A stretch of DNA of 44,914 nt, from assembly GCA_001244265.2 (NCBI GenBank), contig LN717261.1, forward strand, positions 3,425,591 through 3,470,504, in the 5' to 3' direction. Made by a program: the position numbers and the translations under genes. The stretch comes from Microbotryum violaceum. Lineage: Eukaryota. The notes beneath the pieces were generated by a model. It had not been told where the DNA came from. It saw only the letters and a program-made list of their open reading frames with translations, and did not search any database. Positions 1 through 10,829 of the stretch are shown in pieces (positions within the stretch are counted from its first letter, which is position 1; every line of letters starts with the position of its first letter).

Positions 1-280
1 CGTATCAATCAGACGCACGCTTGCGAAAACTCGTACCTGATGAACAAGCTCGCTAAGCAAGACCTGGCGTTCCATGGCTTCGTCGTCTCGGATTGGTCGC
101 CACAGCCGAGCGGCGTCAGCAGTGCGCTTGCGGGTCTGGACATGTCGATGCCAGGTCAGTAGATATCTTTCGTGGGTAACAAAAGCTTCTTATACCTACT
201 GTAGACCTATCTCTTCTGCAGGCTTCCGATCCTACACCGAGGGGTTGGACAACCAGCAGAATCCCGCCAAATCCTACTAT
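1..280 (+). pseudogene. GH3 beta-glucosidase, internal fragment; runs in from the window edge and breaks off at ~280
   Basis: Frame 1 of 1-153 reads RINQTHACENSYLMNKLAKQDLAFHGFVVSDWSPQPSGVSSALAGLDMSMP(G), containing the GH3 nucleophile motif SDW and AGLDMSMPG. A GTCAGT...CTGCAG intron (154-220) follows, then GFRSYTEGLDNQQNPAKSYY, after which I see no further GH3 similarity. Confidence 0.8.
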
Positions 281-430
281 CCTTTAAAACTATTTCCCAT
301 CAACCAGTGGGAACTCGTTAAATAAACGGGAGGGTGAAATTCAAATAGCAGGAGAATTGAAAAGTCTACATGGTTTCAACAGAGGTTAAATAAAACCACT
401 ACGAAGTACAGCAAGGAAGCAGTTCTTCAT

Positions 431-1760
431 TCACAAACAGCCTGCCCGTTGCTTGTTGCCAAAACGGTCGTCGTCGCAGAGTCGGTTCAACTTGGCTTCA
501 AACGCTCGTGCAATGAGTTCTGGTCGGTCGCATGCTTGGTCGTTCGGTCCCAGTGCAGCCTTGATTTCAAGCCATTCGGGGTTGCACGTCACCATGATGA
601 ACAGCGAAGGCATCCCATGTTTTACGACGCACGCCATCGCATCTTGGTAACGCTGCGTGCTCTCGCGCGGTCTATTTTTGAACGTTGAGCCCAAAATCAC
701 CGAACATCCAACTTGATTCGGGGTCAAGCTGATGATGCCTTGGCTTGTGGTGAGGCGGAGGTTTTTTTGATCCAACTGGAGGTAAGTTGAGTCGATCGGT
801 CTCGACCTGGGAGTATCCGTCATCACGAACGCTAGGAAGGCACGTTGGGTGCAATGCGGGATTGAGAAGTACTCGTCGCGTTTGTGCAAGTAGTACGCAA
901 ATAATTGTGAACGCGAGACTCGCCACCTCGATCCCCTTTATTTGAGCTTCGCCCTAGGTGGTCAAAAGTTCAATGTCAGTCTGTGCGTGCGCCTTAACAG
1001 AATGGAACATCCGAGAAAGAGCCGAAGGGGCTTACGCTCACCATTACCATTCTCTGCGTCCCCTTCCTCCTCGTCGCGGTCTTTTGGCAAAGAGTGGCCC
1101 AATTTGGTTGAACGCGCAAAGAGGAATGTTGAGGTGGAAGCTATCTTCCTCTGCGGGGAAGAGTAGTGGATAACGAAGAGGCATCGCCGACGGATGGAGC
1201 GAGCTAACGATTGGGTACTTGGGCCGACCATCGGGACATCGATCACCGTGCACCTGGAGAATAAGGTCTTGCGTCCACGATCTCCCCGGAATCGCAGATA
1301 AGCATCCCCATTTCGGTGCTCGACGTAGGAAGGTTGTGGGTGCGTCGATCTCGGCCAGCTGGTAGGCAGAGGCGCAGGACCCACTCTTTGGCCTAACCTG
1401 CGCGAGCTTTGGCCGATGCAAATTCCCTCACCAAGCGATTGCCGGTACGCAACGTAGAATCGAGCTTGGTCAAAGTGGATCCTTGTATGCGACTGTCTGC
1501 GCCCTCGGGTCCAAGTTGAATGTCGGTGGCCTCGGCCGGGCAGATGAGCCATGTTTTGGCAAAGGTTGGGCGCTGATTGACGGCAGGAATTAGGTCGCCG
1601 AGAGTGCGCCGAGAGTGCGCCGAGTCGATGGTAAAGGCGTCGAAATATCCGAAACATACGGGGTCCTTGACTGCCTAGTCATCAGAGGAGTATTCACAGC
1701 GGCTGAAACCTCATGTTGTTGTTGAGCCCCTAAAACCGGTATCGGGGTGCCAGAAATACG
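431..1760 (-). mobile_element. Degenerate canonical Helitron Rep/helicase N-terminal region
   Basis: Motifs in several frames: GPRMFRIFRRLYHRLGAL; IVSSLHPSAMPLRYPLLFP; ILGSTFKNRPRESTQRYQDAMACVVKHGMPSLFIMVTCNPEWLEI...DRPELIARAFEAKL (Helitron_like_N pattern YQDAMA/FITxTCNPxW/DRPxL). Frameshifted; termini not identified. Confidence 0.88.
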
Positions 1761-2397
1761 TCACGTGATCGACGGGGCATCGCGCAGCGTAGCGGCGCCC
1801 GCGTCCGCGCGTCAACGACAGCGAGACCACGCCTGAGCTCTGTAGAAGAAGTGTCATGCAAACCCACGCGCTTGCTATACATCAACTCATACTCAAACTG
1901 TTCAATAGTTGCGTACCCCGCCAAAAATCAACAAAAAATGTCTTCGGGCTGTAGCTCGACTTTTATGGTGCCGAAAATGCGGAAAGGGTCGTACATGACT
2001 TCTGGTCGGGACGCCAATATCACAGACAGCTGCGGCAGACGTAATACTGCACTGGTACATTCACCACAGGCGGCCCTCCGGGCCGCAGTACAGTCAAAAA
2101 CAGCGATTTTAGGTACATGGTCGCGGATCGTTTTTTTACTAGTTAGGGTAAAGGGTAAAGCGGCGCGCGCCGCGATTAAGGATCACTTTTAGCAGCCGAA
2201 CAGCTCACGTTTACTAGGAACCACTTTTAAGGCGCGAACGGCCGGGAGCGATCTGACGGGTGAGAGCTCACCGGACGAGTTCAGGTCACATGTTTGAACC
2301 CGGCATGTCGTCGAAATTCGAATCGCAACACCCGGCACGAGGAGATGCGTGTCTTGCTTCTGCAATGCGCATCGCTGCATGAAGACATCTCGAAGTC

Positions 2398-3393
2398 ATG
2401 AATACACTCCCCGAGGATCTATCCGACGAGCAGATAGATTTTGCCATGGCAGCGGGAATATACATACTGCAGAAGTATATTGAAAGGCATCTGCAGCAAC
2501 GCCGTCTCCTGGACGAAACGGTCAAACGAAGACGAAATCCGCCCTTGCCTCAGCATATTTCGGTCCGAACCGGCCTCATCTTCGTTATGGAGCTCTTCAA
2601 CAACAAGAATCCTGTTCCTAAGAGTAATGCTGTTGCATGACACCGGCCTGCTTCTCCATCTTCGTGAAAAAAGTGCATCTTCACACCGAGATCGTCCCCT
2701 CGAAGCACGTGACCGTCGAGGAGAAACTCGCTATGCTGCTCTACTGGCTGCGGGGCGCCAAGTCTTACCGCAAAATCGACGAGGTATTTCAAAGGTGATT
2801 GGATACTATCGCTCGGTTAGTAGTTCCTGCTCTCATGTCCTACTTCATGACAGAACAGGTCCGCAGCTCAGCTTTCCTCCTGACTCCAAGCCTGAGCGCT
2901 AGTACTCGTGCACCTTCCTATTTGCGTCGCAGTCATTTGCCAGAAACACTTGGATTACTTGTGCACAGCGACCTCAGAAAGCTGTACGTTGTTCAGCCCA
3001 CGGCAGACACGCCCACATCGAGCGTTATCACCGACAAACCTCGGTTTGTACGATACTTCGGCAATTGCATCGGCGCCATCGACGGAACGCACGCCCTCTG
3101 TACTCAGCGGCCAACGATGCCAAACGATCGATCGATCGAAAAGGAGACAAGACACAAGACATACTCGCGGCTATGACTTTCGACCTTCGCTTCTGCTATC
3201 TTCAGACCGGCTGCGAAGGTTCTGCTCACGATCAGCAAGCGTGGGATTGGGCCCGCGAACGGGACCTCCTCATCCCCGAAGGCAAATACTAGAGTAGTAT
3301 CTTGGTGATGCAGGCTTTGCAACCAGCGAGGAGTGCATGACACCGTACAGAAACGTTCGGTACCACCTCAAAGAATGGCTATTGGGTAAAAAA
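2398..3393 (+). pseudogene. Harbinger (HARBI1-like DDE) transposase pseudogene
   Basis: VTVEEKLAMLLYWL...FQR; YFGNCIGAIDGTH; RKGDKTQDILAAMTFDLRFCYLQTGCEGSAHD; GKY..YLGDAGF; TPYRNVRYHLKEW. Several frameshifts and stops; the C-terminal catalytic Glu region is missing. Confidence 0.88.
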
Positions 3394-3479
3394 AGGCAAG
3401 TTGCTGTTGTAGGACATGGATTTTGTACCTTGTACACTCGCGATGCCAATGGTTCGACCATGGACAAAGGTACGGGAGC

Positions 3480-3822
3480 GTGCTCCATGAACCAGAGAGC
3501 TTTCACTTGGCCTCGGCTACAGCTCTCTTCGCGCTCAGGGTGTTGCTTCACCATCGCAGCAACAATGATGTTCCAGGCTGGAAGCTTCAGAGGAAGCTCG
3601 GGCGACAGCATGTTGTTGCCATAGAGATGGACCAAAAGGTGGTCTGCGCAACGGACCAGTTCTCCGCTCGCGTCCCGGCCCCTCGACTTGCTTTCGCTCT
3701 TGCCCTTGCCTGTGTTGCTTTTGTTCTTTTTTGCGCAAAGTGTTCGAATGAGCGGAGTGCTCAGAGTCGTTCTTGCTGTCGTCGTCGCTTGCTGAGTGTG
3801 ATAAGGCGGATTTCTTGGCCAT
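3480..3822 (-). pseudogene. Harbinger accessory Myb/SANT-like DNA-binding protein fragment
   Basis: ATG at 3822 (MAKKSALSHSASDDDS...), then after a frameshift LLVHLYGNNMLSPELPLKLPAWNIIVAAMVKQHP...SRGQVKALW, matching the W..I...QxKxxW spacing of Harbinger Myb/SANT domains; convergent with the transposase. Confidence 0.6.
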
Positions 3823-4486
3823 GGTGGACAGCGCACGACGTGACGCGACGAAGGCCAACCGACGCGTCCGTGAGCCAATGCTGCAGCCGAGGCGACCTGA
3901 GCGGTCCGAGCTAGTCCGAGCGCGTCCCAGCAACCTGCCAGCCCAAGGGGGTCGAAGCTCGGAGTGCGTCCCTAAAAGTGCTAAAAGTGCCCTCGGACCG
4001 TTTTTAAGGAATGGTCCCTAAGAGTGACTTTTAGCGACTTTTAGCGACGCAACCGTACACGCCACTTTTAGGCACTTTTAAGCACTTTTAGGGAGGCTTT
4101 CAGAATGGCTGAGGATTTCTCTAAAAGCGGTCTTAAAAGTGCTTAAAAGTGCAGCCGAACACGCACTAATTCTCCATGGCCAGTGGCCACCAGCCCGGTT
4201 GCTAAACTGCCGAGTCGGCGCACTCAGCACATAGCTTGGGCGTCATCAGCCTCCCGAGTTCCCGCGCCAGAGCGCACCATATACTAGCGCAGACAAGCGC
4301 ACTCAGGCTGGCCTCCGCTGGCAAGTTGCCACCGCCCGGCCCTCTCCTTTCCGTCTCTGTACTGCCTTGTTCTAAGACCGAGTTTCCTCGCATCTCTAAG
4401 ACAGGCTCTCACACAACCGCCGTCATGTCACTGCTTTCTGATCTTGTACACCTCCGCACCATCGACCACAACTCTCGAATCTCGAC

Positions 4487-6645
4487 GTGTTAGGCCTCAC
4501 GTCCACCACTAGCGACAGCCGAGCCTCCCGCCGCACCGATCAAGCACAGTATGTGTATTCCGGTGCGCTCTTATGCAACACTCCAGTGTCAGCACTCGAT
4601 GATGTGGTTGTCAAATGCAGTCTTGGGCAGCTCGTGTGCAGCAACATCAACTTCAGCATGGATCTCCTGAAGGAGCGTTTTCGGGCGCACCACGTGGAAG
4701 GATACTCCAGGCGGAATCCGCTTGTGAAAGAGCTATCCCTACGAGCGCACCTTTGGTCGTGCGATCCCAGCTGTAATGCTTGTTCAAAATGGGAATGTTT
4801 TCAGAAGACAACAAGCCGCGAGTCCCGTGACTCCGCCACGACGTCATTGCTTCCCCGAGCACAGAGCATACGCATTAAAACCTGTTGACGTGATTCAAAC
4901 CGAACAGAACGAGGAAGCCCAGAAGAATCGCGAGAACGTCTCCGCGACTAACTCTAAACAAACGATGCACAGACGTCCACCGCTGCATCCCGAACCCGAA
5001 CAAGAAGATCCCGGTAAAGTGACATCGCATTTTGCGCCAGCATCCGATCAGTTCAAGACCGAGAACCGTTCTGAATGGAATGATTACTTCACCGACGCTC
5101 GTTCCCGTCTCTTCTGCTGCCTGGTGTGTTCCGAGAGAGTCTTCGGGCATAACGTACGATGGGTGCCTGAAGACGACATCAAGCGTGAGGAATCAGGGAT
5201 TTGGAAGGTATTAACCAACTCTACACTTCGGACGGACCTCCGACCTCCGACTTACGATTTTTCAGCTTGACGGGGCGCACTCATCCATCCCCGACGTCTT
5301 TATCGACTGAGCGATTTATTGATCAGATCGCGTACTCCCCCACGAATTACACGCTTCAGTGCTCACTCTGTCCAGACTGCTTCAAACGGTTGTTTCCTAC
5401 CACAGGGCCACCGACTAAGCCCCCTTGCTCGTTGAGCGAAGGATTTTATCGCGCACTGAATCACGTCCCCGCTGATGTCCGAGATTGCTTCTCCAACATA
5501 GCAACCCCCCCCCCCCCCCCCCCCCCCCTTGAAATGGGACGATTCCGGGATGATCCCGGAATCGTCCCATTTCAGGGTTTGTTTGTTTTTTGCTATGTAC
5601 GCGAGTCAGCTTGAGCACCTCGTCACTGCGTGCGCCAGAACCTACAAGATCGTGTACAAGCTAACTCGTTTCGGAGATCCCAAAGCTCAACAAGAATTTA
5701 CGCGCGGAAACACGTTCATCTTCAACCAGAACACCGTTTCATTCACCGATGTACTGCCCATGTCAGTCGAGGAACTCGCTGACAGTGTGTGCATTCTGCG
5801 GAGGAGCCCCAATCTTGCGAAGCTGGACAAGTGTCGACCCATGATCGTGAAGCAGAGTCGGATACAAAAGATGCTCAGGTGGTTGATCAACGAAAGCAAG
5901 AATTCGGCGTACTCTGCCGTTTCCTTTGATAGCGATAGCACAGCTCGTTCGACGCAGTTCCGGTGCGCTCAACCCGACCTCTCCAGCTTCTAGTACGGCG
6001 GTTTCAGCTTCCACTTCGACTTCGGCTTCTGTCTGGATTGCTCCCCAAGTATCGGATCGACAAATCGCGGATGGAGACTGTCTCGTGCCCGACGTAGTTT
6101 TGACGGATGTGGTGACCGCAGAGACAATGGAACCAACATCATCGCTCTTTGAAGGCTACGCAACAACGCATAACGACTCTGATGAACCAGTATTCGGTCA
6201 CGTCCATGTGCCGCCAACCCCTACCGACGAGCAAGTCAAACATTTGCTCAATCTATATGACAGGAATTTTCGATGCGACCCGTCTCTCCCATTCATCGTC
6301 TCGAACATACTTCGCCGACGAGATGTGTTTCGCCAACTCGCTTTTCGGGTCCCCAAAGAGAAGGCGGCTCGAATCGCAGCAGCACTGCTGGAAATCGGCA
6401 TGGATGTTTTGTCCAAAATGATCAAAAAAATACAAGGACACGAAAAAGTACAGAGCAACAACAGAAGCAGAGAAGCATATCAACCGTATTATGGCGGAGT
6501 TGCAAAGTGTCGGAAACAAAATTCACGGCACAACTGCGCAGATGCTCGACATGAGGAAGAGATCCGCGGATACGTCAACGCGTTCGGTATCTACACCCTC
6601 TTCGTCACTGTCAACCCGGCAGATTTACACTCACCGTTGCGATGA
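4487..6645 (+). mobile_element. Degenerate Helitron2/Helentron-type Rep protein (Cys-rich region, DUF6570-like domain, Helitron_like_N)
   Basis: CCLVCSE and LCPDCFKRL...PPCSLSEG; LEHLVTACAR...KL...RGNTFIFNQ...VLP...IVKQSRIQKMLRWL (DUF6570-like); FRCDPSLPFIVSNILRRR...EEIRGYVNAFGIYTLFVTVNPADLHSPL (T.NPAD motif). Frameshifted and truncated. Confidence 0.78.
5496..5598. mobile_element. 103-bp hairpin (MITE-like) insertion in the Helitron2 ORF
   Basis: 9-bp terminal inverted repeat ACATAGCAA/TTGCTATGT, a C24 run, and a perfect 22-bp inverted repeat (5530-5551/5553-5574). Removing the 103 bp rejoins DCFSN to ASQLEHL in frame. Confidence 0.7.
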
Positions 6646-7125
6646 CGAGGTATTTCAGCCTTGGGCGCATCAAGGACAAGTTTCTCGACCAAGCAGATAC
6701 CGTTTAGGCCAACGACAAAAAGTCATCTAATCGTGGGTTGTCTGTGGGGGAATACTGACACTCCATGCCATTTGATTCCCATATTCCTCAGCGGTGGACA
6801 CATTCACCACGCCTAGCCAGGCCATCTCGCGCCCCAAGTCGCTCCCGGAAGTCCCGATCTCTCAACGTTAACTGAAACCACTTCTTACAGATGACTTTGG
6901 TGAGCGCGCGATGTGGGTCCCCGGCGCTGACGACTGGCACATGCGAACACAAACTCGTCCAGACGCGGACTGTGACATGGGCGATGTCGAGGATCTCAAC
7001 TTATGCATTTACACCCCGGCTCTGGGTTGATCTCGTCCTGTCTGCAATGTTCATTAACGTTTGGCACACTTACACGCCTCATTCATGGAACCGAACTGAC
7101 TCGCGAATTTGGTGCTGCATTATCA

Positions 7126-7821
7126 CAAGGATCCGCATTAGATCACTGGACCACCGTCAGATCAGATCAGATCTGATCTGGATTTTTCTGATTCGGCCTT
7201 GATTGATCTGATCTGAGCAGATGAATTTGATCTGAGACATGAAAATGCCTAATTTGGCACATAAAGACTTCTACGTGTCTACTGAAATCCTCATCATCTT
7301 CCTCCACAACCTCATCCTCATCCTCATCCTCATCCTCATCATCCTAGCCTCCAGAGTGATCACCGCCGCTTTCTGGAAAAGCTCCCCGCTTCCATGACTG
7401 GATTGGGTCGCATGATCCCTATGAGAAAGAGTTTGCAATGAATCAGCACCTGACACTGCAACGAGCGCCCATCAGAGGAGGACCACACCCTGTAGTATTT
7501 CTGTGGCGCGGGGCCGACACCCAATGCCGCGGCGGCGATGCCAGATGGCAGATGGCGCGCTCCATTCTCTCTCACTTGCACTGATCAGCTGAGGTACGCC
7601 GCAGTTGGCATTTCAAATCACAATGGCAGCATCCAGGTACCGCCTACTTTTGGTTTTTTTTTCCCCTCGAGGCGTGATTGATCTGAACTTGATCTGTTCT
7701 GAAACTGTTTAGATCAGATCAGATCATCTGAAACTGTTCAGATCAGATTGAAACTGTTTAGATCAGATCAGATCCAGATCAGATCTGAAACTGTTTGGAT
7801 CAGATCTAATGCGGACCCTTG
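7126..7821. mobile_element. Non-autonomous hAT-like element (~696 bp)
   Basis: 19-bp TIRs CAAGGATCCGCATTAGATC and GATCTAATGCGGACCCTTG (1 mismatch); many subterminal AGATC/GATCT repeats; GCTGCAT on both flanks as a degenerate target duplication; internal minus-strand acidic tail (DDEDEDEDEDEVVEEDDED). Confidence 0.75.
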
Positions 7822-8498
7822 GCTGCATACCCGATCCATGGCACGTTCTTAGTAATACTAGCTGACGCTGTCAGTCGGTGTTATGTACTCCGTCAGAGGT
7901 TCAGGGACCCGTCGCCCCCTCCGGGGGGCGCGTTAATTATCAACTCAACATGAGCATACCCCTCCAATGATTAAGCAGGACCACCCCACATCGTACCTGA
8001 ACAGCCTGAGAACCCACACCGCTGTCGACCTTGCTTCTGGTTCAACCCCGAAAAGCACGCGCGTCACCATTCAATATTCACCAACGGTCGTTTGTCGTCG
8101 TCGGACACGCGGCGCGCGGGGCGGCCATGACCGAATTCGAATGATCTCTGTTGATCTTCCAGTGGTCGCTCCTGCAGAGTAGTGTGCGTGGGGTGTGCTC
8201 ACTTTTTAGTGCTCAGTTCGAATCGAGGTTGACCTGGATGCTCGTCTGCCCTTAATCCCTCACGCTCATCCCGTCAGCCTCCGCCGTTCTTCGCCTCTCC
8301 GAGTCGATCGGCTACAGTCTTCTCCCCCGTACGTGCTGAAGAAGCTTCTTCAGTCTCGAGTTCATTCAAGGTCGATCTTGTGATTCGGTCGCGTCTCGTC
8401 TCGGAGTACGACCGGGTTCACTTCGCTCTTCGAGGCAGTGGATCATCACCAAACTGCACCGACCATCCTCCTGTGGATCTGACTACTACGACTGAGCG

Positions 8499-10829
8499 AT
8501 GAGCTCGACAGCACCCGGCTTGGCAGGCACGATTGCTGCGAACTCCACGACCACGTCAACTCGGGAGGCCCCTGCGCACGGGGCTCCACCAACGGCTCTC
8601 CCTCTCGAGCGAGCAGTGAACCCACGCTCTCCTACCGAACCGACTGCATCACCTTCCTCAGCGACAGGGACACCCCCATCCCTTATCTCACCCGTCTCTA
8701 TCCCGATAGACAACCTCACCGAGGATGAGACCAAGGCTGAAGTGCAAGTTTTCTCGGCGTTGTCGTCGGTCGGCTATAGGGTTTATCGCCAGCGGTGGTA
8801 TGGTCTGGTCGCGTTGACGTTGATCAATATCGTTTGTGCGAGTGAGTTTCAGGCAGCCAGCTCCTCGTTGAGTCGAGAAAGGAGACGAATGTCGTGGTTT
8901 AGGCGGTCAGAATTGCTGATCGTCGGAGTTTCACAGTTAATTGGACCTTGTTCACATCGAGTAAGCACTGGCCGAGACGAGAGGGGAAGACGCTTGACTA
9001 TGGTCTGACACGAGAATTTGCCCCTCAGTTTCAATCGACACGGCCGCGCACTTTGACGTCAGTACGACCAGGGTCAATTGGTTATCGAACATCGTTTGTG
9101 GAGCAGTAAGTTAAGTATCTTCATCGCTATCGCGCACCGAGATTGGGAGAACTGAACATCTCGCTGCCCACAGTACGTCTTCGCTGCTCCTTGCGTTCCC
9201 TGGCTTACGATGCGCTATTCGATTCGCGGCGTCACCTTAATTGCGGCAGCTCTTATGCTTATTGGTGGTTGGTACGTCCTCACTCATCTAATCATCATTC
9301 GGGCATCACACTCAACCTCTGTCTTACCAAGCACAGGCTCCGCTACGCCGCAACCGCTTCGACGCTCTCCCCAGACGGAGCGTATACCCTGCTCTTCATT
9401 GGCTCGTTCCTCATCGGCGTAGCGCAATGTTTCGTCCAAGTGATCCCTCCGGCTTTCTCAGAGACTTGGTTCGGTCTGAACGCGAGGACAACCGTGACGA
9501 TGATCCTGTGAGTGGGCGTTGATAACATTCCGTTCTGGGGAACCAATCTCTCGCCCTGATGAATAAATCTTCACACTCGCCGCAGAGCCGTTTCAAGCCC
9601 ATTCGGAGGAGCCATCGCCTCCCTCCTCGGTCCAAGCGTCGTCACGAACCCATCACACCTCCCTCTCCTCTGCCTCATCGTAGCCATCATCGTCACCGTT
9701 TGCGCACCGTTGGCGTTCCTCGTTCAAGCTCGACCACCTACGCCACCTACGAAGAGCGCGGAAGGGAGGTTGATGTCGACTGCGGAGGTGTGGAGAGGGT
9801 TCAGGGCGTTGTTCGGCAAGGGGGACCAAGAGGGGAGGTGTATGACGAGGAGGGAGAGGTGCGATTTTGCTATCATTAGTGTTGTGAGTCTTCAGTGTGG
9901 TAGTACCCAACATCAAGAGTGACGACTAACCAGATTCATGCGACCTCTGCGACAGATCTTCACCGTCGTCTTGGCCTTCTTCGACGCGTTTCTCATCCTC
10001 ATCAACCAGATCTTTGAACCTTATGGCTACTCGTCCGATCAGGCGGGCTTCATTGGCGCGGCCGTCATCTTTTCGGGTATCTTGGCGGCGGGGGTTTCGG
10101 CTCCTTTGCTCGAGTAAGCTTTGCTCATCTCTCGTCGTGTTGAGCACACCTCACCCTCTCTGACTCTCACTCTTGCCCCACAGTCGCTACTTTCCCTTCC
10201 GTCTCGCCCTAACCGCCAAATTCCTCGTGCCTATAATCGGCCTCTCCTTCCTCTTGCTAATCTGGATCATAAAGCCGTCCAACCTGGCCTCAATCTTTGT
10301 CATCACCATCCTCATGGGCTGTAGTTCCTTCATGATGTTGCCGATCGGCTTGGAGATGGCAGCAGAAATTGGGTACCCAAATATGGGGATCGAGATCACT
10401 TCGGCGGTGCTGTATTGGTTAGGAAATGGTGAGTTCTGGAGATATGGGGGTATTGAGGCTTTGAAGGAGTAGTGAGACTAACGACATAAACTCTTCTGCT
10501 GGATCAAGGTGCTTCCGTCGTAGCTTCGGTAGCGATGAACGCCCTCACCTCTGGTCCGAACGCCAATCCTCCCAACAACATGCGCAGGGTACGCCCAAAA
10601 CACACTACCCAATGCGATCCCTATGAAGTCCGAGCTAACACCCCTCCCCTTCCTCTACGACCCAAAGGCCATCGTCTTCGAAGGCATCATCGTCTTCTTC
10701 ACCTCTTTCCCCATTTTGTTCATCAAGGGGGACCAAACGAGAAGATTGGAGGATGTGAGAGCGCACGAGGAGATGGAGGAGAGGAAAGGATGGGTCGCGT
10801 TGGGGAAGGGGTTTGGGAGGGACTGTTAG
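8499..10829 (+). CDS. MFS transporter, FLVCR/SLC49 (MFSD7)-like, multi-exon
   Basis: YRVYRQRWYGLVALTLINIV, VNWLSNI, LLFIGSFLIGVAQCFVQVIPPAFSETWFGLNARTTVTMI, LVQARPPTPPTKSA, LPIGLEMAAE. About 11 GT-AG introns; ends ...GFGRDC stop. Not every exon boundary was checked. Confidence 0.85.

Larger units (their letters stand above)
2100..4166. mobile_element. PIF/Harbinger DNA transposon, internally deleted and degenerate
   Basis: Convergent transposase (+) and Myb/SANT-like ORF (-). Subterminal CACTTTTA/TAAAAGTG repeats at both ends (~2100-2230 and 3970-4152). Right end ...GCAGCCGAACACGCAC followed by TAA (4167-4169), the Harbinger-type target. Left TIR not found, so the start is approximate. Confidence 0.8.

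Noticed and set aside
2143..2160. TTAGGGTAAAGGGTAAAG, telomere-like (also CCCTAA twice near 10985-10998)
   Set aside because: Only one or two imperfect units; expected by chance.
7913..7930. GC hairpin CGCCCCC-TCCG-GGGGGCG (similar one at 2070-2086) as a Helitron 3' end
   Set aside because: No CTAG/CTRR at the expected distance on either strand.
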